Below the pieces are notes generated by a model. That model searched no databases and was not told where the DNA came from. It worked only from the letters and a program-made list of their open reading frames with translations. Positions 53,740 through 64,000 of a stretch of DNA of 64,000 bases are shown here, one piece after another. The position numbers were made by a program, and so were the translations under genes. Origin of the DNA: Macrostomum lignano (Eukaryota). The first letter of the stretch is position 1. Every line of letters starts with the position of its first letter. The stretch is from positions 186,001-250,000 of the forward strand of contig NIVC01001456.1 in assembly GCA_002269645.1 (NCBI GenBank), given 5' to 3'.

Positions 53740-56700
53740 ATGGCATCATTTCAACAGCTTCTGCTGCTCCTAGCAGCAGCAACAGCAACAGCTGCAGCAA
53801 TGGTCGCATCGCCGACACCGTCGGATGTCGTCCTAGACGAGGAGCTGCCACCGGGCAGCCAGCCCGCCGAACTGCGTCAGGCGTTGATTCAGCGCGGCCT
53901 GGACAGCCCCGGATGCTGCGTCATGATCCCGCCTCATCCGTACTTCGAGTACACCGCCAACGAGGCCGCGGCCCGCGCCGAGCTGACGGTCAAGAAGCGC
54001 CTGGACCGCGAGTCCATGTGCCCCGACGCCGGCCTCTGCTGCAGCTCGGCCGAGCTGATCTGCCAGCTCAAGCTGCACTTCCTTGACCGTCGGCAGTCGG
54101 GCGCACCCCGGGAGATCGTCCTGACCGTCGGGCTTCGCGACATCAACGATCACCGGCCTGTCTTCCCAGAGGCCGAGCGCCGGATTCAGGTCAGCGAGGA
54201 CGCCCCGCCGGGTCAGCTGGTCCGCCTGCCGCTGGCTTCCGATCCGGACTCCGACTCCAACTCGGTCAGGGACTACTCGCTGCTGCCGAGGGTCGGTGTC
54301 TTCGGCCTGCGCGAGGACCGGGCCGGCTCTGGCAGGGTGACCCATCTGTCACTCGAGCTGCTGGACAGGCTGGACAGGGAGGCCCAGCCGGTGCACAATC
54401 TGACCCTGGTGAGAGCCACTGCATCACCCACTCCATCACCCACTGCATCACACACTGCATCACCCACTCCATCACCCACTGCATCACACACTGCATCACC
54501 CACTCCATCACCCACTGCATCACACACTGCATCACCCACTCCATCACTCACTCCATCATCCACCCCACCACTCCATCACCCACTCCATCACCCACTCCAG
54601 CACCCACTCCATCACCCACTTCATCACCCACCCCATCACCTACCCCACCACACGCTCTATATCCCCAGGTTGCCACAGACATCGACGGCCAAAACGCCAG
54701 CCTCCGCCTCATCGTGAACGTCACGGACGTGAACGACAACCGGCCGCAGTTCCACCCAACCGGCCACCGGACTGTCCGAGTTCGCGAGTCCGACCCGGCC
54801 GGCAACTGTCCGGTCCAGCTGTCGGCCACCGATCCGGACAGTGGCGAGAATGGCCGAGTAATCTTCGAGCTGGACCCGCACCAGCCGGACCTGGCCGCGG
54901 TCGATGCCAACTTTCGCGTGTCGCCATCGAGCGGCTTCATCTGCCATCGTCGGAGTCTGGACTACGAGACTAAGGAGATCTTCGAGCTGTCCGTCATCGC
55001 CAGGAATCCCACGCCGATCAGAGGCGACCCTGGAGCTGGCGGAGCTGGCAGCCGGCTGGCGACGGCCACCGTGACGGTGCTGGTTGTTGATGAGAATGAT
55101 GAGGCGCCCCAGCTGCAGCTGGACTATCTGGATGGGACAGCGGAGGTGTGAACTGGATTTGGGGTCTTCGGTAATCTAAAAAGTCCACAATGAATAAACT
55201 GTTACCAATCAGTCGCCAATCAGTCACCAATCAATCACCAATCAGTCACCAATCAGTCACCAATCAGTCACCAATCAACCACCAATCACCAATCAGTCAC
55301 CAATCAGTCACCAATCAGTCACCAATTAATCACCAATCAGTCACCAATCAACCACCAATCACCAATAAGTCACCAATCAGTCACCAATAAGTCACCAATC
55401 AGTCACCAATAAGTCACCAATCAGTCACCAATCAGTTACCAATAACTAATCAGTCACCAATCAGTCACCAATCGATCACCAATAACCAATCAGTCACCAA
55501 CAAATCAACCCAGGTAACGGAGAACGACCGCCGAGGCCACACCTTGGCGGCCCTGCAGGCCACGGACAGGGACCGGGGCGACAACGGCCGGGTGAGCTGC
55601 CAGATCGACCAGCCCGACCTGCGCGACGTCTTCGAGCTTCTGCCCACCGCCGGCTCAGCATCCGCCGGCGCTTCATCCGGTCAGCCGCAGCGCTGGCGAT
55701 TCTACCTGGGCACCAGGGACGGAGGTCCCGGACTCGATCGCGAGGCCCACCTGAAACTCGGACCGATGGCGGCTCACCGAGAAGTCGTCCGACTCAACGT
55801 CGGCATCGTCTGTCGCGACGGCGGCCAACCGGCCAATGTCCGGTTCGCCAACGCCTCCGTGCTCATCGGTGACGTCAACGACAATGCGCCAGCGCTGCGG
55901 CTGGTCCGGTCTGCCGCTGCCGCTACAGCAGGCGGCGGCGACAAAGACCTCTTAGCTTCGGCCAGCGTGCCCGAGAACCGTCCGCCCGGCTTCCACGTCG
56001 CCAAGCTCGACGCTCACGACCTCGACTTCGGCGTCAACGGCTCAGTGGCGTTCGCGCTCGATCCGGCTGGCACCGACACTTTGGCGCTGGACGCCTTCGA
56101 CGTTCGAAGCGACGGCTTGTTGGTCACCCGACGGACGCTCGATCGAGAGTCGGCGATGCCGCCCATAGACAGCTTCCGGGTAGCCGTGATGGCGCACGAC
56201 CGGGGCAGCGCCGTCCGGCTCAGCTCCGCCCTGACGCTCCACGTCCGCCTGATCGACGAGAACGACAACGCGCCGGTCATCCTGCCGCTGGCCAGATCTG
56301 CGGCGGCGGCCGCCGGCGCCGGGCTGGAGTTCCGCCTGGCGGAGAACAACAAAGCCGGTGCCGCTGTCGGCCGCCTGCGCGTCGTGGACGCCGACTTCGG
56401 ACCGGACGAAGCCGACTGGCGACGGCGTCGGCGTCGGGTCTCGCTGTCACCGGCGGCGACTTCGAGTTCGACGCCTGGCGGCGGCGCTCGACTGCCGTTT
56501 CGAGTGCGGCCGTCGACAGGCCCGGACCCGGACGAGTTCATCATCGAAGCCACGGACGTGCTGGACGCGGAGCGCCAGGCCGAGTACCGCTTCCTGCTGC
56601 TGGCCAGCGACGGTCAGCACTCCTCCAGCTGCAATGTCACTGTCATCGTCGAGGACGTCAACGACCACCCGCCGAAGATCTTCTATCCTTGCAGCGGCAG

Positions 56701-57454
56701 CGGCGGCAATCGGAACTCGAGCTCCGTCCGCCAGTTGCTGAGGAACCACAGCGTCTCCTGGCGCGAGCCGGTGGGCTACACGGTGCTGAAGGTCAACGCC
56801 AACGACGAAGACTTCGACAAGACTGGGAACGGCAGGTTCCAGTTCAGTCTGCGGGAGGCCCCGGCTGCCGGACAGTCTGGTGACGCCGTCCGGCCACTGT
56901 TCAGTGTCGATCCCGACGGTGGGCAGATCCGGGTGGCCGCTCGCATGACCGGCCGAGACCGCGGCGTCCGGCGCCTGACGGTAACAGCGACCGACCGAGG
57001 ACAGCCGCGGCCGCTGGCCACCGAGTGCGTCTTCGACGTGACGGTGGACAGCTCGGAGCCGAGAAGCCAAGCAGCCTTGGCGCCGCGTCTCGGCGAAGAT
57101 GGAGGAGGAAGAGACGGTGGCGGCGTGTTCACCCAGGTGCCGCCGATGCCACGCCAGAAGCAGCAGTTCGGAGACTCTGTCGTGCTGGCCGTTGTTGGCA
57201 TTTTCGCGCTGCTGTTGCTATTGGCAACGGTGCTGCTGCTGCTGTACGCCAGGCATTGGCACGCGGCGCCGGGCTTCCTGCCAGACGTGCTGGGCGCCTG
57301 CTTCGGCAGGAGGGAGCAGCGGAGCCAGGCGGGCCGTGGCGGCGGCGGTGGCCGCGGCCTCAAGTCCGCTGAATCTGCCGAGGCTGCTGGAGCGGCCTTT
57401 CTCGGGGTCAAGTCGGGTCAGCCGGATCAGCTGAGATCCAGGCCGCTCAGTCAG
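53740..57454 (+). CDS. Protocadherin with 7 extracellular cadherin repeats (delta-1-like architecture), signal peptide and TM; cytoplasmic exons beyond 57454 unresolved
   Basis: Exons 53740-54408, 54669-55145, 55514-57454, all phase 0. Signal peptide MASFQQLLLLLAAA; protocadherin-type EC1 LDRESMC..C; Ca-binding linkers DINDHRP, DVNDNRP, DENDEAP, DVNDNAP, DENDNAP, DVNDHPP; LDRE/LDYE motifs; TM VVLAVVGIFALLLLLATVLLLLY; donor CAG|GTTAGT at 57454. Confidence 0.92.
54416..54650. repeat. 12-bp-based repeat (ccactgcatcac/ccactccatcac) filling protocadherin intron 1
   Basis: Direct reading. Confidence 0.9.
55205..55505. repeat. 11-12-bp repeat (caccaatcagt) filling protocadherin intron 2
   Basis: Direct reading. 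Confidence 0.9.
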
Positions 57455-57464
57455 GTTAGTTGGG

Positions 57465-57491
57465 TAGTTAGTTACTTAGTTAGTCAGTTAC

Positions 57492-57526
<35 letters not shown>

Positions 57527-57549
57527 GTTAGTCAGTTAGTTAGTTAGTC

Positions 57550-57599
<50 letters not shown>

Positions 57600-57653
57600 A
57601 TAGTTAGTTAGTTAGGTAGGTAGTTAGTTAGTTAGATAGTTAGTTAGTTAGTC

Positions 57654-57687
<34 letters not shown>

Positions 57688-57711
57688 ATAGTTAGTTAGT
57701 TAGTTAGTTAG

Positions 57712-57743
<32 letters not shown>

Positions 57744-57745
57744 CT
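57465..57745. repeat. (TAGT)n microsatellite directly after the protocadherin exon 3 donor
   Basis: Direct reading. Confidence 0.95.
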
Positions 57746-58134
57746 GGTTATTTAGTTTCCCCATTTCCCCAGCACAGTTAAGGATGGCCAGCTGGGTTGT
57801 TTCAAGCAATTAAATATTCAATAATGGTTGAAAAGCCAGGCACAGCTGGCATATAAAATGCTCTCAATTGAAGTGTGAAAATTGCCCCGTTCTCGCAGTC
57901 CAACCTGAAGGGAAAAATTGGTGGTCGCAGTGCTGCAAGCGATGAGGAAAACTGCACTAAACAGCCGGTGCTTACATTGCAGCATCAATTTCAGAATTTG
58001 AGTTAAACTCTGTTCCAGCGCATTATGAATTCTAGCCAGAGTAAATAGGGGTGCACGGACCAGATGGCCCTTAGGTAGTGTTATCATTGGTAAGCTCTTT
58101 AACACCAGGAATGATCCTTTTAAACTCCAATAAC

Positions 58135-58572
58135 TCAGGCTGTAAACTCCAATACTTGAGGCTGTAAACTCCAATACTTCAGGCTGTAAACTCCAATACT
58201 TCAGGCTGTAAACTCCAATACTTCAGGCTGTAGACTCCAATGCTTCAGGCTGTAGACTCGAATACTTCATACTGTAGACTCCAATGCTTCAGGCTGTAGA
58301 CTCGAATACTTCAGACTGTAGACTCCAATGCTTCAGGCTGTAGACTCGAATACTTCAGGCTGTAGACTCCAATACTTCAGACTGTAAACTCCAATACTTC
58401 AGGCTGTAGACTCCAATACTTCAGACTGTAAACTCCAATGCTTCAGGCTGTAGACTCGAATACTTCAGACTGTAAACTCCAATGCTTCAGGCTGTAGACT
58501 CGAATACTTCAGGCTGTAGACTCCAATACTTCAGACTGTAGACTCCAATACTTCAGGCTGTAGACTCCAATG
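58135..58572. repeat. 22-bp minisatellite (ttcaggctgtagactccaatac), about 20 copies
   Basis: Direct reading. Confidence 0.93.
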
Positions 58573-59009
58573 CTAAAGCAGCACAGAACATGAAAAGTTT
58601 ACAAACTTCAGCTTCAAAGCTCAATCCACGCTGACCCCAGAGAGATTTGACCTCTGCAGCGCACAGCGCAATGCACAGATCTGTCACAGTTCGGCATGCA
58701 ATCAAGTGAGATTTTGATTCGTCACAAGATCGCAGAGGGGCGCCCTGATAGCTGCTGGTACATGCGGCTGGTCTGTCCGTCTATCCGACCCCATCTTCAT
58801 CAAGACCGGCTGTCAAATACTGCGAGTCCCGCAACAGCTGACCTCAGCAGTTCACGCGGACACGGAAGTCACACCGCCCGTGTCCTCCCCTCCTTTCTTA
58901 GTTTTGTCTTTTCTGCGAGAATCTCTTAAGCGCTGATGTTTGTTTAAAAAATTGTGACTAATAATATCTAAATGCAGCCCAAAATGGCGAAACGAAGCGG
59001 GACGATGCG

Positions 59010-59335
59010 AGAGGTGAGGGTGAGAGGGGTGAGAGTGGGAGGGGTGAGAGAGAGGATAGAGAGAGGGAGAAAGTGAGAGTGAGAGGGGTGAGAGGGGTGA
59101 GAGGGAGAGGGTGGGGGAGAGAAGGGTGAAAGGGGTGAGAGGGGTGAGAGGGGTGAAAGGGAGAGGGGTGAGAGGGAGAGGTGAGAGGGAGAGGGAGAGG
59201 GGGAAAGGGGTGAGAGGGTGAGGGTGAGAGGGGTGAGAGGAGTGAGAGGGAGAGAGAGGGGGAGAAAGGGAGAGGGGTGAGAGTGAGAGGGGTGAGAGTG
59301 AGAGGGGTGAGAGTGAGAGGGGTGAGAGTGAGAAG
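59010..59335. repeat. GA-rich low-complexity tract (gtgagagggg)
   Basis: Direct reading. Confidence 0.88.
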
Positions 59336-59896
59336 TATTAAGGGAAATATGTTACATTCGAGCTCAATGTAGTCAGTTGTTTTGTTTCAGAATTTCCAAC
59401 ATTTCCAAGTTGATCTGACAGATGAGGCGCTCAGCTTATGATTCTGCAAGATTCCTAATTAATAGTTGCAGTGTATAACAGTTATAAGCATATTTGGTCT
59501 GCTTCTCTTTGTCCCTTCGATCTACCGCACTATTCAGCAGATCCCAGTTGAAGCAGTTTAACAAAACCCGCTCGGGATCGTCTGCTCATCTTCTACTAAA
59601 AGCAGAAATCGATTAGGGCATGAGAAGAAAGAACAGCAGTTCGTAGAAGACACGGGAGAGCGCACACTTGCTGCCAGGAAAATCCATAGCTACCCAGCTT
59701 TTTTACGCTTCTGCTTCAAAAGAGACGGTCGCTTCCAAGCCAAGAATTGTTTCCTTCTGCTTCTGCTCTTTTGCTGCAGGACTTTTAAAAAATGCAGCCT
59801 CTTTCTCTTGAGCATGAGGCGGCAAACTCCGGCCCGCCAAGCCTCTCTATCCGGCCCTCGGGTCCTTTGAAACTTCACAACAGCAATCCGAGGTCG

Positions 59897-60125
59897 GTGT
59901 CTCGTCTCAGCTTTCGTCTCTTCCCTCTGCTCTTTTCTCTCTATTCTCTCGTATCTCCCCTCTTCTCTCCTCTATTCTCTCCCCTCTCATCTAATCTCCT
60001 CTCTCTTCCATTCTTCTCTCTTATTTCATCTCTCTTTTCATCTAATCTCTTGCTTCTCGCCTCTTATCTCTTATCTCCTATTTCCTCCTGTCTCACCTCT
60101 GTTCCCTCTGCTCTCTCATCTGGCC
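59897..60125 (-). repeat. Dispersed GA-rich repeat, copy 2
   Basis: Reverse complement begins GGCCAGATGAGAGAG and ends AGCTGAGACGAGACAC, as in 35179-35357. Confidence 0.7.
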
Positions 60126-61053
60126 GTTTAGGTAGGCACAGCGGTTTGACCCATTCCTGCTGTAGAAGCAGGTGCATCAGCATGGAAACCAGTGGAACTT
60201 TCCCTATTTGCCAGTTCAAAAATTCTTTTGGCAAGTTTTTCATCTGTAAAAGTCGCAATTCAGCGAAGCCTTAAAAACATGCGAAAAAAAGATTTTAAAA
60301 AAGCATTTTTTGCTAAAAGAGACTCGCCAGCAGGTTTAAACGCGCCACCGAAAGACACAGAAAAAAGCAAATTTTAACAGACTATCTAAAAGAAGAGAGA
60401 AATACATGACTTGCCAGCCAAGCCTGCAGCTCCCACAGCCCTCAGGGGCATGCGGCAGACTCCTGGAATCTGGAGGGAAAGGAAGGGTTCAAGTGACTCC
60501 CAAACTGTCTGCCTACTGCCCCGCTATCTTAATTCGACCATGGCTTCGAAAAAGCAACTATTCGGCTCTGCTGCGGGGGGGGCGGCGCCAAGACAACGGA
60601 TGCCTGCGCGACGTGGGCCCGGAGAAGCAAAAACAGTTTTTCTGCTTTTTTGCGACCCCGACTTGTCCCAGAGATGTATCCGCGACCGAGGGAATTAATT
60701 CCCGACCCCCGACCCCCCCCCCAACCCCACCGACTCCAATAAGCGAAGCAATAAAAGTCCCATTGGAATTCGAACACAAATTGATGTATACAGAAAGCCA
60801 GTTGGTCTTCAGATGTGACCGCCGGTGGTCAATCAGCCCGCAGCCTGTGCACCCCCTGAAGGATTACAAAACACTGGCGAAGCTGCCCGGTTTCTGGGAA
60901 CTGCAATCGCTTTGTGCTGTCTTGCTGGCTGCGGGCCTGATGAACTCTATAAAAAATAGCCTCACTTTTCCCTGTCTTCATTTTTCTGTTGCTTTTTTAT
61001 ACCGTGGGGTCCGTGGCTTTTTAGCTGCCTAATTGACTGTGATTGCTGACTTC

Positions 61054-61081
61054 TTGTGTGTGTGTGTGTGTGTGTGTGTGT
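61054..61081. repeat. (TG)n dinucleotide repeat
   Basis: Direct reading. Confidence 0.9.
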
Positions 61082-61139
61082 ATTTTTTCTATTTTATATT
61101 TTCAGCGATTCCGGGACCCGATATGACTCACTCAGTTCG

Positions 61140-61630
61140 TTTCCTTCTCCCATTCTCCCTCTCCCTTCTCCGGTCCTATCCTCCTCCCTCTCACTCCTCT
61201 CCTTCTAACTAACCCTCTCCCTCTCACTCCTCTCCTTCTAACTAACCCTCTCCCTCTCACTCCTCTCCTTCTAACTAACCCTCTCCCTCTCACTCCTCTC
61301 CTTCTAACTAACCCTCTCCCTCTCACTCCTCTCCTTCTAACTAACCCTCTCCCTATTACCCCTCGCCCTCTCCCTCTCACTCCTCTTCTTCCCACCCCTC
61401 TCCCTCTCACTCCTCTCCCTCTAACTAACCCCTCTCCCTCTCCCTCCTCTCCCTCTCACACCTCTCCCTCTCACACCTCTCCCTCTCACTCCTCTCCCTC
61501 TCACTCCTCTCCCTCTCACTCCTCTTCCTCACACTCTTCTCCCTCTAACTAACCCCTCTCCCTCCCACACCTCTCCCTCTCACTCCTCTCCCTCCCACAC
61601 CTCTCCCTCTCACTCCTCTCTCTCCCACCC
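61140..61630. repeat. CT-rich repeat including 33-bp units (ctcactcctctccttctaactaaccctctccct)
   Basis: Direct reading. Confidence 0.88.
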
Positions 61631-62356
61631 CTCTTCCTATCTTTAAAATTCAACTCCTCATTAATCTGCCTGATTACACGTAGCCAGATGCACATTGCTT
61701 ACTAAGCAAGTTGCTCCGACACACTGAGCTCTTCTAACCTGCTCTGCCGGCCGTTTCCCAATTCGATCGAAATTGCATTCAAATCCCAAATTCTCCTGTC
61801 AGACAAAAGACACACAGGCGCTTTTAAAACATTGCTCCAACTGCAGAGTGGGATTATTATCCCATCAACAAATCGGACAAGTCCAATGCACAGTCAGGCT
61901 TCTAAGAGGTGGGAAGAGGATCCTAATGAATAATTCAAGAGCAGCACCTAGCGAGGAAACTCCATGATGTCTAACAAATGCTACTGCCTAATACCTGACA
62001 CCTCCAGTCGTGGGAGGGAAGAGTTTCCTCACACCTTTACTGGGGATAACAGGGGATTCCCTCCTACAGTGTTTGAGCTTTATTATTCCCATTGTACCCT
62101 GCCGGCGTGGAGTACAAAGGATGGTGAGGAGCGGCGGCGAGATTGAGCTGAGACACAGGCATGGAGGAGACAATGGGGAAGCGGGCGGGAACAGTTTTGA
62201 TGAGGCTTGCAGTTTCCAGTCAATTTATTCAAGAGGCTCAGTTCTAGCAAACACAATACTGAAACTGAACAAGGGAGTTGGCAATTATTTGTCACGGAAC
62301 TGGCAGCTCAGCAGTCTGCGCTTCTTGGCAATTTCCTGTAAACTGGCCCTGAGTAG

Positions 62357-63855
62357 AGGAATAGAATGGATTGCTAATCTAGCCAGCATCACTGATGAAG
62401 GAATAGAATGGATTGCTAATCTAGCCAGCATCACTGATGAAGGAATAGAATGGATTGTTAATCTAGCCAGCATCACTGATGAAGGAATAGAATGGATTGC
62501 TAATCTAGCCAGCATCACTGATGAAGGAATAGAATGGATTGTTAATCTAGCCAGCATCACTGATGAAGGAATAGAATGGATTGCTAATCTAGCCAGCATC
62601 ACTGATGAAGGAATAGAATGGATTGTTAATCTAGCCAGCATCACTGATGAAGGAATAGAATGGATTGCTAATCTAGCCAGCATCACTGATGAAGGAATAG
62701 AATGGATTGTTAATCTAGCCAGCATCACTGATGAAGGAATAGAATGGATTGCTAATCTAGCCAGCATCACTGATGAAGGAATAGAATGGATTGCTAATCT
62801 AGCCAGCATCACTGATGAAGGAATAGAATGGATTGCTAATCTAGCCAGCATCACTGATGAAGGAATAGAATGGATTGCTAATTTAGCCAACATCACTGAT
62901 GAAGGAATAGAATGGATTGCTAATCTAGCCAGCATCACTGATGAAGAAATAGAATGGATTGCTAATCTAGCCAACATCACTGATGAAGGAATAGAATGGA
63001 TTGCTAATCTAGCCAACATCACTGATGAAGGAATAGTATGGATTGCTAATCTAGCCAGCATCACTGATGAAGGAACAGAATGGATTGCTAATCTAGCCAG
63101 CATCACTGATGAAGGAATAGAATGGATTGCTAATTTAGCCAACATCACTGATGAAGGAATAGAATGGATTGCTAATCTAGCCAGCATCACTGATGAAGGA
63201 ATAGAATGGATTGCTAATCTAGCCAGCATCACTGATGAAGGAATAGAATGGATTGTTAATCTAGCCAGCATCACTGATGAAGGAATAGAATGGATTGCTA
63301 ATCTAGCCAGCATCACTGATGAAGGAATAGAATGGATTGCTAATTTAGCCAACATCACTGATGAAGGAATAGAATGGATTGCTAATCTAGCCAGCATCAC
63401 TGATGAAGGAATAGAATGGATTGCTAATCTATCCAGCATCACTGATGAAGGAATAGAATGGATTGCTAATCTAGCCAACATCACTGATGAAGGAATAGAA
63501 TGGATTGCTAATCTAGCCAGCATCACTGATGAAGGAATAGTATGGATTGCTAATCTAGCCAGCATCACTGATGAAGGAATAGAATGGATTGCTAATCTAG
63601 CCAGCATCACTGATGAAGGAATAGAATGGATTGCTAATCTAGCCAACATCACTGATGAAGGAATAGAATGGATTGCTAATCTAGCCGGCATCACTGATGA
63701 AGGAATAGAATGGATTGCTAATTTAGCCAACATCACTGATGAAGGAATAGATTGGATTGCTAATCTAGCCAGCATCACTGATGAAGGAATAGATTGGATT
63801 GCTAATCTAGCCAACATCACCGATGAAGGAATAGAATGGATTGCTAATCTAGCAG
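62357..63855. repeat. 42-bp minisatellite (gaaggaatagaatggattgctaatctagccagcatcactgat), about 35 copies
   Basis: 14-aa periodicity in ORFs 62010-63902 (+) and 62285-63991 (-). Confidence 0.96.
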
Positions 63856-63903
63856 ATATTCCCCCCCCCAAACCGACTTCCAGGCCCCACGAAGATACCT
63901 GAT

Positions 63904-64000
63904 GGACTCGAACCAGCTCCCTGCAGCAGAGCAGCACGGGTTGGGTGAGTGAATCGAGAATCGAGCTTTTCAGCCCGGAGTTCCGGACCACCCAGCCAAG
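63904..64000 (-). mobile_element. tRNA-derived / Pol III-type head (A and B boxes), truncated by the window edge
   Basis: Minus strand: TGGCTGGGTGG (63998-63988) and GGTTCGAGTCC (63914-63904), spaced more widely than in an intronless tRNA. Confidence 0.45.

Noticed and set aside
59350-62350. Several 60-208-aa ORFs in unique sequence
   Set aside because: No recognisable domains or splice-consistent structure; likely degenerate mobile-element debris.

Overview
Eukaryotic (metazoan, intron-containing) genomic DNA. By my rough tally about 35-40% of the window is micro/minisatellite. GC-rich exons, many short introns and huge simple-repeat arrays would fit a free-living flatworm such as Macrostomum, but that is inference. 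Most long ORFs in the supplied track are artefacts of tandem repeats. By hand-splicing across GT..AG junctions I can support eight protein-coding genes: (1) an intronless rhodopsin-class peptide GPCR (+, 3835-5190); (2) a ~14-repeat WD40 protein (-, at least 18 exons, 9116-18433, first exon unresolved); (3) CFAP276/C1orf194 (+, 18821-20695), head-to-head with the WD40 gene; (4) a tetraspanin (-, 22062-25769); (5) a PDE9-like phosphodiesterase (+, 32428-34795); (6) an RBM33-like RRM protein (+, 39751-44323); (7) a three-exon calcitonin/DH31-type neuropeptide precursor that the ORF track misses (+, 49473-50648); (8) a 7-EC protocadherin (+, 53740 to at least 57454). There is also one tRNA-Gly(TCC) (7842-7913) and several tRNA-derived SINE-like fragments. 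The most interesting signal is the predicted 32-residue Cys-ringed, Pro-amidated peptide ACGVLDLGGHCDAEYGAELLDQINHMLKPGGP-NH2, which combines calcitonin-type and DH31-type hallmarks. All protein family calls come from recognising motifs from memory; no database search was run.
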